Source: an uncultured bacterium
GTDB lineage: Bacteria > Lernaellota > Lernaellaia > Lernaellales > Lernaellaceae
Length of the DNA stretch: 46,271 nt
Reading direction: 5' to 3'
Assembly: GCA_964534375.1 (NCBI GenBank)
Contig: CAZHPN010000024.1
Coordinates: forward strand, 1 to 46,271
Part shown: piece after piece, positions 1-9,235 of the stretch
Layout of the letters: every line of letters begins with the position of its first letter
Position numbering within the stretch: position 1 is the stretch's first letter
The notes under the pieces: model-generated
Told to the model about the DNA's origin: nothing
The model's input: the letters and a program-made list of their open reading frames with translations, nothing else
Database searches by the model: none
Program-made: the position numbers and the translations under genes

Positions 1-15
1 GGCGAGGACGAATGA

Positions 16-447
16 GTGGCAAACGTTCTCGTCGATACCAGCTTCTGGATTGCTTTGCTCAAGCAAGACAAACCGGACGATTTTTATAAAGAGGCTAACG
101 AAATCTGGCTCGCGCTGGCTGTCCACCGAGTGATTGTGCCATGGCCTTGTCTTTACGAAACATTGAGCACCAGGTTCGCCGAAAGAAGTGACTCATTCAG
201 GATATTTGAGGAAAAGTTGGATCCCCTCCAATTTGAACGCTTTGACGATCGGGAGTTCCGCGAGCGGGCACTGACCGAGTTTTTTCTGCAGAGAAGCAAA
301 GAAAAAAAGGACCGTTTGAGCCTTACCGATCTTGTGATTCGCGAAATCCTTACCGACCGCTCCGTCGAAATTCACAAACTTGTAACGTTCGACAAAGCGC
401 TCGCTGACTTGCATCGTAACCGACCAGACTTGGAAGTCTGGCCGTAG
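16..447 (+). CDS. PIN-domain (VapC-like) ribonuclease
   Basis: N-terminal VLVDTSFWIAL, central LYET, and C-terminal SLTD...TFD acidic PIN motifs. The GTG start directly follows the TGA (13-15) of an upstream ORF cut by the window edge. Visibly lower GC than the next gene. Confidence 0.8.
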   Translation: MANVLVDTSFWIALLKQDKPDDFYKEANEIWLALAVHRVIVPWPCLYETLSTRFAERSDSFRIFEEKLDPLQFERFDDREFRERALTEFFLQRSKEKKDRLSLTDLVIREILTDRSVEIHKLVTFDKALADLHRNRPDLEVWP

Positions 448-454
448 TAGGGCA

Positions 455-1576
455 ATGCGTTCCCGTAAGAAACCACTGCGATTTTTCGCCGTCTGCGCGC
501 CGGGGCTGGAAAAGCCGGCGTGGGCGGAGTTGCGCGCGCTCGGCATCGCGTCGGCGCAGTACGCGGAGGGCGGCGTCGAATTCGCCGGCGATTGGGAAGC
601 GGCGTACCGCGCCAATCTGCACAGCCGGATCGCGAGCCGCATCCTGCTGCGCGTCGGGTCGTTCGCCGCCGAGACTTTCGAGGAATTGCACCGGCAGGCG
701 CGGCGCATCGCCTGGGACGAGTTCTTCGCGCCCAGCGCAGCGGCGGACGCACAGGCGGTGTCGCGCGGGTCGCGGCTGCGGATCAAAAAACGGATCGCCG
801 AAACAACGTATGACGCGATCGCGGACCGGCTCGGCTTCGCGCCCGCGAAATCGTCGGAGGGGCTGTTGGTGCTCGCGCGGCTGGCCGACGACGTGTGCGA
901 ACTGTCGGTCGACACCTCCGGCGAGTTATTGCACCGGCGCGGGTACCGGCAAGAGATCGCCCGCGCGCCGCTGCGCGAGACGCTCGCCGCTGGCATCTTG
1001 CGGCTGGCCGAGTACGATCCGCGGCGGCCGCTGGCCGACCCGATGTGCGGCTCGGGCGTTTTTGCGGCGGAGGCGGCGTGGCTCGCGACCAACCGCGCGC
1101 CGGGCCGCGCACGACCGTTCGCGTTCCTGAAGTTCGCTTCGTTCCAGCCGGAAACCTGGGCGCGGCTGACAGCCGCGGCCGACGCACAGGCCCTGCTGGC
1201 GCCGCCGGCGCCGATCGTCGCCTCCGACATCAGCGGCGGCGCGGTCGCGGCGGCGCGCGGCAATCTGGCGCGCGCCGGGCTGGCCGACGTTGTTGCCGTG
1301 GCCGAGCAGGATATCGCCGCGGCCGAACCGCCGCCCGGGCCGGGGCTCGTCGTGCTGAACCCGCCGTACGGCGGCCGCGTCGGCGCGAACCAGGGGTTGG
1401 AGGCGCTGTACGCTCGCATCGGCGAGGCCCTGCGCGGGCGCTATCGCGGCTGGAAATTCGCCATTCTCGCCGAAAACGAACGGCTTTTCCGGCAGACGCG
1501 TCTCGCGGAAACTGCGCGCCATCGCCTGCTGAACGGCGGCAAGAAGGTGACGTTGTTCGTTGGCGCCGTGCGCTAG
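455..1576 (+). CDS. THUMP-domain SAM-dependent RNA methyltransferase (RlmL/YpsC-like)
   Basis: PGLE N-terminus, SVDTSGELLHRRGYR, APLRETLAA, DPMCGSG (motif I), NPPYG (motif IV). Confidence 0.9.
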   Translation: MRSRKKPLRFFAVCAPGLEKPAWAELRALGIASAQYAEGGVEFAGDWEAAYRANLHSRIASRILLRVGSFAAETFEELHRQARRIAWDEFFAPSAAADAQAVSRGSRLRIKKRIAETTYDAIADRLGFAPAKSSEGLLVLARLADDVCELSVDTSGELLHRRGYRQEIARAPLRETLAAGILRLAEYDPRRPLADPMCGSGVFAAEAAWLATNRAPGRARPFAFLKFASFQPETWARLTAAADAQALLAPPAPIVASDISGGAVAAARGNLARAGLADVVAVAEQDIAAAEPPPGPGLVVLNPPYGGRVGANQGLEALYARIGEALRGRYRGWKFAILAENERLFRQTRLAETARHRLLNGGKKVTLFVGAVR

Positions 1577-1712
1577 GCGGAACGCGCGCGGGGTGGATTT
1601 GCCGGGCGCCCGACCTCATATTTCAGGGGCGGCGGCGCGGCGTCTCGGCGCGATTGACCCGCCGGAACTGCCTGTGCTACGAAGTTGCGAACCCATCACC
1701 GCGGAGCGAAAA

Positions 1713-2252
1713 ATGACCGACCCCGCTCTCGAACCGACGAAATCCAAGACGGAGACCTGGACCGCGAAATTGCAAGCGTTGGCGGCCAAGGTGCCCGGGC
1801 TGACCGAGTTCCAAAACCGCGACAAGTTGCGCGAGCAGGACAAGGCGTTGCGCGACCACACGGTGAAGAAGATCGAGGAGGTGAAGACCGGCGTCGCCGC
1901 GATCAAGAACGCCTTGCTGGATCGGATGCTCCTCGGGCCTCTGCCCGCGTTCGATCGGCTGTCGCAGCAGCTCGATCGGCTGCGCGATAAGCACCGGTAT
2001 GCCGCGCGTGGTTATTCGGGCGCGTTTGACCCGAACCAGATTCTCGATCCGGAACTGCAAAAACTGTACGAGACGGATCTCGCGATCCTCGAACACACCG
2101 ACGCGCTGGCGAAAAGCTGCGCCGCGGCGAGCGGCGGCGAGATCACCGAGGCGTCGGCGAACGCCGCGCTGGCGTCGCTGAAAACGGAAATCGGCGCGCT
2201 GGCGCAACTGATCGACAACCGCGACGAAACGGTCCGGAAGATCGGACTGTAG
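1713..2252 (+). CDS. Helical/coiled-coil hypothetical protein, first gene of the SPFH operon
   Basis: GGAG RBS before ATG 1713, typical codon usage, mostly helical sequence; 8 nt before the SPFH gene. Confidence 0.7.
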   Translation: MTDPALEPTKSKTETWTAKLQALAAKVPGLTEFQNRDKLREQDKALRDHTVKKIEEVKTGVAAIKNALLDRMLLGPLPAFDRLSQQLDRLRDKHRYAARGYSGAFDPNQILDPELQKLYETDLAILEHTDALAKSCAAASGGEITEASANAALASLKTEIGALAQLIDNRDETVRKIGL

Positions 2253-2260
2253 GAGGCCCC

Positions 2261-3283
2261 ATGGCGTTTTTCGAAGTCATCGAATATCAGGATGCGACCG
2301 GCCAGGAACTTTGCCACAAGGTGCCGGAGCAGGGCAGCGGCGAAACGCGCCTCGGCAGCCAGTTGGTCGTGCGCGAATATCAGCAGGCGGTCTTTTTCCG
2401 CGACGGCAAGGGCCTCGATGTGCTTGGGCCGGGGCGGCATACGCTGACGACCGAGAACGTGCCGATCCTGACGCGGCTGGTGGGGTTGACGTTCAAAGAC
2501 CACAAGAGCCCGTTTCGCACCGAAGTTGTCTTCGTCAACCAGAACGTGTTCACCGATCTCAAATGGGGCACGAAGGAACCGGTGCCGTTCAAGGACACCG
2601 AACTCGGTTACGTGCAATTGCGGGCCTTCGGCAATTTCACGTTGCGGGTGAAAGACACGTTGCTGTTCGTCAACACGATCGTCGGCGGCCGCGGGCGCTT
2701 TGCGACGACCGACATCGTCAATTTCCTGCGCGATGTCATTATTTCGCGCCTCAACGATCTGCTCGGCGAGACGCTGAAGACCGTTTTCGAATTGGCGGCG
2801 AAATACGACGCCCTGGCGGTCGCCGCGAAATCCCGGACGGCCGACGATTTCGCCAAATACGGCATCGAACTCGTCGACTTCTACATCAACGCCATCACGC
2901 CGCCGGAAGAGGTCCAGCAGGCGATCAACGAACGCTCGAGCATGGGCGCCATCGGCGACATGGGCAAATACGCCCAATACCAATCGGCCAAGGCGATGCG
3001 CGAGGCGGCGAGCAATCCCGGCGGCGCCGGCGGCATGATGGGCGCCGGCCTCGGCGCCGGCATGGGCATGGCCATGGCGCAGGCGATGCAAGCTGCGACG
3101 GCGAACCAGGCGCAGCAACCACAAGCGCCGGCCGCCCCGGCGGCGGCCCCCGCGGCGCCCGCGGCGCCGGCGGCCCCGAGCCCGACCGAGCGTTTGCAGA
3201 AACTCAAGGGCTTGTTCGACCAGGGGTTGATCACCAAAGAGGAATACGACGCCAAACGCCAGTCGATCATCGCTGAGTTGTAA
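2261..3283 (+). CDS. SPFH/band-7 family protein (YdjI-like) with C-terminal SHOCT domain
   Basis: GSQLVVREYQQAVFFRDGK...GPGRHTL, KWGTKEP, G/M-rich linker, C-terminal RLQKLKGLFDQGLITKEEYDAKRQSII (SHOCT); AGGAGG RBS. Confidence 0.88.
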   Translation: MAFFEVIEYQDATGQELCHKVPEQGSGETRLGSQLVVREYQQAVFFRDGKGLDVLGPGRHTLTTENVPILTRLVGLTFKDHKSPFRTEVVFVNQNVFTDLKWGTKEPVPFKDTELGYVQLRAFGNFTLRVKDTLLFVNTIVGGRGRFATTDIVNFLRDVIISRLNDLLGETLKTVFELAAKYDALAVAAKSRTADDFAKYGIELVDFYINAITPPEEVQQAINERSSMGAIGDMGKYAQYQSAKAMREAASNPGGAGGMMGAGLGAGMGMAMAQAMQAATANQAQQPQAPAAPAAAPAAPAAPAAPSPTERLQKLKGLFDQGLITKEEYDAKRQSIIAEL

Positions 3284-3404
3284 AATCGCCGGCGACGGCT
3301 CGCCGTCGCGCCGGCCTCGCCAAATCCGCGTTTTTTCGGCCTTGTCGCCGCCGGGGAAGCACTATAAAAGAGATCAGAAATCAACTGCCGCCGACGGAGA
3401 CAAG

Positions 3405-5138
3405 ATGCCCGGCAAGACCGAAGAAAATGCAACGCTGAAAAGAACCGTGCGCGAGTTGACCGCCAAGGTCGAACATCTGGATCAAAAGTTGTTCGACATG
3501 AGCACGCTGCTGCAGGCCAACAAGGCCTTCGACAACATCCTGGAAGAGCGGGAACTGGGCGCGGTTTTCGCCAGCATCGTTCACGAGCGTTTCGGCGTCG
3601 AATCGTACGCGCTGTTTGCGTTCGACGAAGACGGCGCGACATTTCGCCTCACGCGCAGCCTCGGCCTGCCGGCGGATGTGCCGCCCGATTTTTCGTTTCC
3701 ACGGCAAGAGGGCTTGCTCTGGCAGGCGGCGCTGCAAGGCGAACCGTTTTCGGTCATCGACCAGCGCGGCCGGCCGCGTTTTCGCGTGGTGTTCGAAAAA
3801 TTCGGCCTCGAAAAATTGGGCGCGGTGCTCTTCGTGCCGCTGGCGCAAATGGGCCGGGTGCTCGGCCTGCTGGCGGTCGGCCCCAAGGCGACCGGCGAGG
3901 CCTTTACCGAAACCGACGTCCGGTTCTTATCGATTCTCGCGGCCCATGCGGCGGTCAGCTTCAACACGACGCGGGTCTACGAAAAGAGTCAGCGCGATAA
4001 GTCGAACCTCGACAAGACGGTGAAAAACCTGTCGATTCTGTACAACATCGGCCGGGCGATGGTGCACATCACCAACCTGAAAAACCTGTTGAAATTCATT
4101 TTGGGCGAGGCGATCAAGACGACCGAAGCGCAGAAGGGCTCGTTGATGCTCTACGACGCCGCCATCAAACGCCTGGTTGTACGGGTGGTCAAGGGCCTGC
4201 CGGATGCGCGCGCCGAAGAGGCGATCAACAACGGCGACGTCGAGTGCGCCACGTTTGCGCCGGGGGAGGGCATCGCCGGCCAGGTGTTCCAGACCCTGAA
4301 ACCGATCGTCGCCAACGCCGCGGAGAAAGACGACCGTTACGCAGAGCGCGACACATCCAACGTCGATTCGATCTTGTGCATCCCGCTGATTGCTTCGGAC
4401 GAGCCGGTCGGCGTCATCAACATCACGAACAAGAAAACCGGAAAGAAATTCACCGACGAGGACGTCGAGTTGCTCTCCGCTCTGGGCAACCAGGCTGCCG
4501 TGGCGATCAACAACGCGACGCTTTACGAGATGGCGATCACCGATGAACTGACGAAGCTCTTCATTCGGCGCTATTTCAACGTGCGGCTGGACACGGAACT
4601 GAAGCGTTCGCGCCGTTACGCCCGCAAGATGACGTTGGCGATCGCCGATCTCGACCACTTTAAAGCGGTCAACGATCAGTTCGGCCACCAGGTCGGCGAC
4701 GCCGTGCTCGCCAAGGTCGCGGAGACGATCAAGAGCAGCGTGCGTGAGATCGACACCGCGGCGCGCTTCGGCGGCGAGGAATTCGCGATTATTTTGCCGG
4801 AAACCGATCTCGACGGCGCGATGATCGTCGCCGACCGCGTACGCGACGCCGTGGCCAAACTGGAAATTCCGGGTCTGCCGCGGCGCATCACCATCAGCAT
4901 CGGTCTGGCGTGCTACCCGGAGCACGCGGAAGACAACGCGGCGGTCATCCGGGCCGCCGACGCCGCGTTGTACGAAGCGAAGCGCCAGGGGCGAAACCGC
5001 GTCTGTATTTATTCGGCCCCCGCGGTCGCCGCGCCGGCGGCCCCGGCGGACCCGGCGGCGGCGGACTCGGCGACGAGCGACGCCGTCACCGACGGCCTGG
5101 CCCGGGCGCCGCGGCGCTGGACGCCGTACTCTCGTTGA
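3405..5138 (+). CDS. GAF-GAF-GGDEF diguanylate cyclase
   Basis: Two GAF domains (FTETDVRFLSILA; FTDEDVELLSALGNQAA), DLDHFKAVND, RxxD I-site (REID) and GGEEF active site. Start placed at ATG 3405 after GGAG. Confidence 0.92.
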   Translation: MPGKTEENATLKRTVRELTAKVEHLDQKLFDMSTLLQANKAFDNILEERELGAVFASIVHERFGVESYALFAFDEDGATFRLTRSLGLPADVPPDFSFPRQEGLLWQAALQGEPFSVIDQRGRPRFRVVFEKFGLEKLGAVLFVPLAQMGRVLGLLAVGPKATGEAFTETDVRFLSILAAHAAVSFNTTRVYEKSQRDKSNLDKTVKNLSILYNIGRAMVHITNLKNLLKFILGEAIKTTEAQKGSLMLYDAAIKRLVVRVVKGLPDARAEEAINNGDVECATFAPGEGIAGQVFQTLKPIVANAAEKDDRYAERDTSNVDSILCIPLIASDEPVGVINITNKKTGKKFTDEDVELLSALGNQAAVAINNATLYEMAITDELTKLFIRRYFNVRLDTELKRSRRYARKMTLAIADLDHFKAVNDQFGHQVGDAVLAKVAETIKSSVREIDTAARFGGEEFAIILPETDLDGAMIVADRVRDAVAKLEIPGLPRRITISIGLACYPEHAEDNAAVIRAADAALYEAKRQGRNRVCIYSAPAVAAPAAPADPAAADSATSDAVTDGLARAPRRWTPYSR

Positions 5139-5703
5139 CGACGATGTCGTCCGGCGTGTCCCAGCGGCGGTCGGGGCCGCTGCTCTTCAAAATGAACCCA
5201 CCCGCGGCAGTCTTCGCGTAATCGTAGGCGCAACCCCACTCGTCTTTCAGCGGTACGCGATCGGGCGGCGCCGGCCGGCCGCCGGGCGCCGCGGATGCGG
5301 CGACGTCGCGCCAGACGCCGGCCGATTGCAGCGCCGCGGCCATTGCCGGCCAGGGACCGTCGGGCAGCGTGCCGCGGAGAGCACGGTAATCGCGCAGCGC
5401 CTGCGCCACGGTTTGCAGCGCGGCGATGGTGTCCGCCCGGCGGGCGGCTTGTTGCGGGACGGCGGCGCGGCGGGCCTGCCAGCCGACGGCCAACGTCGCG
5501 GCGCCGCAGGCGCCGACAATCAGCCAGGGGAACAGCCGGCGTTTCGCCTGCCAGCCGAGGGCGCAGGCGGCGACGCACCACAAACCGCCGCCGGCCAGCG
5601 CCGGGGCCTCGTTGAAATCGGTGACGGCGAAAACCCAGACCGTCCAGAGCGCCATCGCTGCGAGCGGAGCGACCACCGCGGCGACTTGCAGGACCCGGTT
5701 CAT
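5086..5703 (-). CDS. Membrane protein with a type II secretion protein G (T2SSG)-like C-terminal domain
   Basis: C-terminal DEWGCAYDY...[18 protein letters not shown] matches the GspG-like signature; hydrophobic N-terminus. ATG 5703 overlaps the stop of the SEC-C gene (ATGA). Confidence 0.7.
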   Translation of the reverse strand: MNRVLQVAAVVAPLAAMALWTVWVFAVTDFNEAPALAGGGLWCVAACALGWQAKRRLFPWLIVGACGAATLAVGWQARRAAVPQQAARRADTIAALQTVAQALRDYRALRGTLPDGPWPAMAAALQSAGVWRDVAASAAPGGRPAPPDRVPLKDEWGCAYDYAKTAAGGFILKSSGPDRRWDTPDDIVVNESTASSAAAPGPGRR

Positions 5704-5936
5704 TCCGCTTTGGGTTTGGGTTTGAAGATCCGCGACAAGAGGCCGGGCCCTTTGGCCTTCTTCGCCATTTTCCGCAGGAAATGGTCGCCCTTGTTGATGC
5801 AACAGTTCTTGTATTTCTCGCCGCTGCCGCAGGGGCAGGGATCGTTGCGGCCGATTTCGAGAACCTCCCGCGGCGAGGTCACCACGCTTTTGCGCAGCGA
5901 CATGCGCGGACTCATGCGGGTCGTGCGATAACGCAT
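5700..5936 (-). CDS. Small SEC-C motif (zinc-binding) protein
   Basis: [28 protein letters not shown] 8 nt upstream of ATG 5936. Confidence 0.85.
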   Translation of the reverse strand: MRYRTTRMSPRMSLRKSVVTSPREVLEIGRNDPCPCGSGEKYKNCCINKGDHFLRKMAKKAKGPGLLSRIFKPKPKAE

Positions 5937-6001
5937 AGGCCATGCTCCTTCAAGACGCATCGCGCCCCGCGTGCGGCGGGGCGACGGACGCCGATCGACC
6001 G

Positions 6002-7234
6002 CTAATATTTAGCGTATTTTCCTTGTTTGTCCATATGCTCGCGAACGAAGTCGATCATGACGCCGAGGTACGAAAGCAGGTTGGGGCATTTGATGTCGGA
6101 ATCTTTCAGGAAATCGAGCGTGTTTTTGCAGTCGTAGATGACCCGGTGGTCCGTGTACGGAATGCCTTGCTCGGGATTGTGCAGGAGCTTGCCGAGCACC
6201 GGCGTCCGAATCAGAATCGTGACCAACGACAGCGGAATCACGCCGAGCATCTTGCCCATGCCGAATTTTTGCCAGACCTCGTCGTAGAACTCGCGGGTGG
6301 TCATCGGATCCGGATCGATGACGGCGAACGTCTTGCCGATCGCTTCCGGCTTTTTCGCGATGTGCAGCACCGCGTCCGTGAGAAAATCGACCGGCACGAG
6401 GTTGAAGTACGCCCGGCCGGGCCCAAAGCTTGGCAAGCGCAAGCCCTTGAGCGGCTTGAGATAGCCGCGGCGGTCCATGTCGGCGAGGGTGCGAATCAAA
6501 TAATAGGGGCCGTCGAATTTGTCGGTTTCGCCGGTCTTCGAATCGCCGACGACGACGCTGGGGCGAATGATGATGGTCGGGATTTTGTCCATTTGCGCGC
6601 GAACGAGCGTTTCGGCCTCGAATTTGGACGATTCGTAGTGGTTCTTGAAGCCCTGGCCGAAATCGAGATCTTCCTCGAGCACCAGGCCCGTGCGCAGGCC
6701 GCTGACATAGCACGTCGAGAAATAAACCAGCTTTTGCAGGTTTTTCATCATGGCGCAAAGATCGAGCACGCGGCGGGCGCCTTCGACGTTGATGTTCCAG
6801 GCGAGCTTGTCGTTGACCGCCAGGTCGTACACCGCCGCCAGATGCCAGACTTCGTTGGTTTCTGCGGCCAGCTTCGTGACCGCCTTGGCGTCGAGGCCGA
6901 GGCCGTCGACGGAAAGGTCGCCGACGAGATATTCGACATTCGCCTCGATGCCCGGATGGTCGGCCGCGATCGCCGCCACCTCATTTTTCGCCGCTTCGAG
7001 AAATTTTTCCTGCACGAGGAATTGAAAGCGGAGGTTCCTGTTCGCCGCGGTCATTTGCCGCACGAGCCGCCGGCCCAGAAATCCGGGGAATCCCGTGAAG
7101 AAAATCGATTTCGCGCCGCGGGCGGGCGCCGTTTTCGCCGGCTTCACGGTCTTCACCGCCTTCGCCGCCTTCGCCGCCGGTTTGGCTTTCGCCGCCGCTT
7201 TTTTCACCGCCGGTTTCTTCGCCTTCTCCGCCAT
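6002..7234 (-). CDS. Extended SDR oxidoreductase (thioester-reductase/male-sterility-like) with Lys/Ala-rich N-terminal tail
   Basis: TGFPGFLG Rossmann motif, HLAA, NVEG, YESSK (YxxxK), [22 protein letters not shown] before ATG 7234. Confidence 0.88.
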   Translation of the reverse strand: MAEKAKKPAVKKAAAKAKPAAKAAKAVKTVKPAKTAPARGAKSIFFTGFPGFLGRRLVRQMTAANRNLRFQFLVQEKFLEAAKNEVAAIAADHPGIEANVEYLVGDLSVDGLGLDAKAVTKLAAETNEVWHLAAVYDLAVNDKLAWNINVEGARRVLDLCAMMKNLQKLVYFSTCYVSGLRTGLVLEEDLDFGQGFKNHYESSKFEAETLVRAQMDKIPTIIIRPSVVVGDSKTGETDKFDGPYYLIRTLADMDRRGYLKPLKGLRLPSFGPGRAYFNLVPVDFLTDAVLHIAKKPEAIGKTFAVIDPDPMTTREFYDEVWQKFGMGKMLGVIPLSLVTILIRTPVLGKLLHNPEQGIPYTDHRVIYDCKNTLDFLKDSDIKCPNLLSYLGVMIDFVREHMDKQGKYAKY

Positions 7235-7310
7235 GGTGTTCCCCTTGTCGAGTCGCAAATCCGTCGACGCAACCGTGTTTTTTCGCTGCACCAGGTTGGA
7301 AAACGCTGGT

Positions 7311-7340
7311 AAATTAGCGCGCCGGCCCGAAGGCTGTCAA
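7311..7340 (-). promoter_or_regulatory. Candidate sigma70 promoter for the SDR gene
   Basis: Minus strand TTGACA (7340-7335), 18 nt spacer, TAATTT (7316-7311). Confidence 0.5.
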
Positions 7341-7367
7341 CCGCGTTGCGCGGACGTGCCGTCGGCG

Positions 7368-7397
7368 ACAAGCGGGCAACAAGCGGGCAACAAGCGG
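7368..7397. repeat. 11-bp direct repeat ACAAGCGGGCA (two full copies plus a partial third)
   Basis: Copies at 7368-7378, 7379-7389 and partial 7390-7397, abutting the -35 of the MTase promoter. Confidence 0.8.
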
Positions 7398-7426
7398 TTG
7401 ACGGTCCGACCGCGTGCCCCTATTCT
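7398..7426 (+). promoter_or_regulatory. Candidate sigma70 promoter for the R-M operon
   Basis: TTGACG (7398-7403), 17 nt spacer, TATTCT (7421-7426), 34 nt before ATG 7461. Confidence 0.6.
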
Positions 7427-7460
7427 CTCAGCGGCTCCGATGGCGGGCCGGACAGGATCC

Positions 7461-8486
7461 ATGGCGCAAAATTCAAAGAAATCGGCAATTGATTCGGGGC
7501 GCGCAAGTTCCGGCGGTGACCAAGTCGATCCGCAATCTCACGTGCCGAGCGCCGTCGGACCGCTCGCCGATCCGCAGAAGGACCTGCCGCGCATTGCGAA
7601 AGATGCGCGCCTCTGCGCGCTTATCGACGGGGCCGTCCGCCGCCTGCCATCCCTGCATCGACTACGCGTCGGCGACGCCCGCCAAATGGAATTCCTGGCC
7701 GACGAAAGCGTGCAACTGGTTCTCACGTCGCCGCCGTATTGGACCTTGAAGGAATATCGCGCGACCCGCGGACAACTCGGCGCGGTCGCGGACTTCGAGA
7801 CGTTTCTCGACGAACTGGACAAGGTTTGGCGAGCCTGTTTCCGCGCGCTGGCGCCGGGCGGTCGCTTGATTTGCGTCGTCGGCGACGTTTGCCTGTCGCG
7901 TCGCCGCAATGGCGGACGCCACACGGTCGTGCCGCTTCACGCGGCGATCCAGGAGCGCTGCCGGCGCCTCGGTTTCGACAATCTGGCGCCGATTATCTGG
8001 CACAAAATCGCCAACGCGGCGTACGAGGTCGAAGGCGGTTCCGGGTTTCTGGGGAAGCCGTACGAGCCCAACGCCGTGATCAAGAACGACATCGAATTCA
8101 TACTTATGCAGCGCAAACCCGGCGGTTATCGCAGCCCCGCGGTGGCCACGCGCGTTTTGAGCGTCATTTCCGAGGACAACCACCGGCGATGGTTCCAACA
8201 AATTTGGTCCGGGGTTACCGGCGCTTCGACTCGCGATCATCCGGCGCCGTACCCCATGGAATTGGCCGAGCGTTTGATTCGGATGTTCAGCTTCGTCGGC
8301 GACACGGTCCTCGACCCGTTCATGGGCACGGGCACAACCAACGTCGCCGCCTCGCATTGCGGGCGTAACAGCATCGGCGTTGAGATCGACCCGCACTACT
8401 TCAAAATGGCGGCGGCGCGGCTGCACAGGGAATCATCCGACCTTTTCGGCCGCGTTAAGATCGAGACCATCGGCGCGGAGGAGTAG
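7461..8486 (+). CDS. Beta-class site-specific DNA methyltransferase (probably N4-cytosine)
   Basis: Motif IV TSPPY precedes motif I LDPFMGTGTT (beta order); HPAPYP and GRNSIGVEI. Start uncertain (7440 or 7461). Confidence 0.9.
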   Translation: MAQNSKKSAIDSGRASSGGDQVDPQSHVPSAVGPLADPQKDLPRIAKDARLCALIDGAVRRLPSLHRLRVGDARQMEFLADESVQLVLTSPPYWTLKEYRATRGQLGAVADFETFLDELDKVWRACFRALAPGGRLICVVGDVCLSRRRNGGRHTVVPLHAAIQERCRRLGFDNLAPIIWHKIANAAYEVEGGSGFLGKPYEPNAVIKNDIEFILMQRKPGGYRSPAVATRVLSVISEDNHRRWFQQIWSGVTGASTRDHPAPYPMELAERLIRMFSFVGDTVLDPFMGTGTTNVAASHCGRNSIGVEIDPHYFKMAAARLHRESSDLFGRVKIETIGAEE

Positions 8487-9215
8487 GTGAACGACCTCCA
8501 GGAGCGGACGGCAAAGGCGGTGCGGTTCTTCTGGCGAACGCGATCTCGCCAGCGAGCGCGGCAAGACGATGCGGGTCGACGCGATCAGGGCAGTCGCAGC
8601 GAGGTTACGGGCGGAACCCAAATGGACGGGTTCGTTCGTTTGGTCGAGGATCTCGTCGTCGCTTGCGGAATTCCGCGCGAGGCCGTGTATTGCAAAGAAC
8701 GAAAAGAACTTCCGGGATTTTTCCGACCGACAAAAGAGTGGGATCTCCTCATCGTACCGAACGGCGAATTGCTGGCGACCGTCGAATTCAAGTCACAGGT
8801 CGGTCCATCGTTCGGCAACAACTTCAATAACCGCACCGAGGAAGCGCTGGGCTCGGCGACCGACTTGTGGACAGCCTATCGCGAAGGAGCTTTCCGCGAA
8901 TCTGTCCGGCCGTGGTTGGGATACTTTATGCTTCTCGAGGAAACAGCGCGCTCGACGTCGCCTGTTGCTGTGAAGGAGCCGCATTTCCCCGTTTTTGACG
9001 AGTTTCGCGGCGCGTCGTATGCGGTTCGTTACGAAATCTTATGTCGCAAACTCATGCGCGAGAGATTCTACGACGCCGCCTGCCTACTGCTCTCGGACCG
9101 CAAAGGCGGCCTGCGAGGTCGCTTTCGCGAGCCGTCGCGCGAGTTGGCGTTAGCAACTTTCGTCAACTCGTTGACCGCGAAAGCGACCGCCTATTTGAAA
9201 AACCAGGAAACGTAG
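8487..9215 (+). CDS. Type II restriction endonuclease, XhoI/PaeR7I family
   Basis: LPGFFRPTKEWDL, EFKSQVGPSFGNNFNNRTEEALGSATDLWTAYREG family signature; starts immediately after the MTase stop. Confidence 0.88.
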   Translation: MNDLQERTAKAVRFFWRTRSRQRARQDDAGRRDQGSRSEVTGGTQMDGFVRLVEDLVVACGIPREAVYCKERKELPGFFRPTKEWDLLIVPNGELLATVEFKSQVGPSFGNNFNNRTEEALGSATDLWTAYREGAFRESVRPWLGYFMLLEETARSTSPVAVKEPHFPVFDEFRGASYAVRYEILCRKLMRERFYDAACLLLSDRKGGLRGRFREPSRELALATFVNSLTAKATAYLKNQET

Positions 9216-9235
9216 TTTGCGCTCGGGTCGCGGCG

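Noticed and set aside
5704..5943. N-terminal extension of the T2SSG-like ORF from ATG 5943
   Set aside because: That ATG is only 1 nt from the RBS and overlaps the SEC-C gene in another frame; ATG 5936 (SEC-C) and ATG 5703 fit better.
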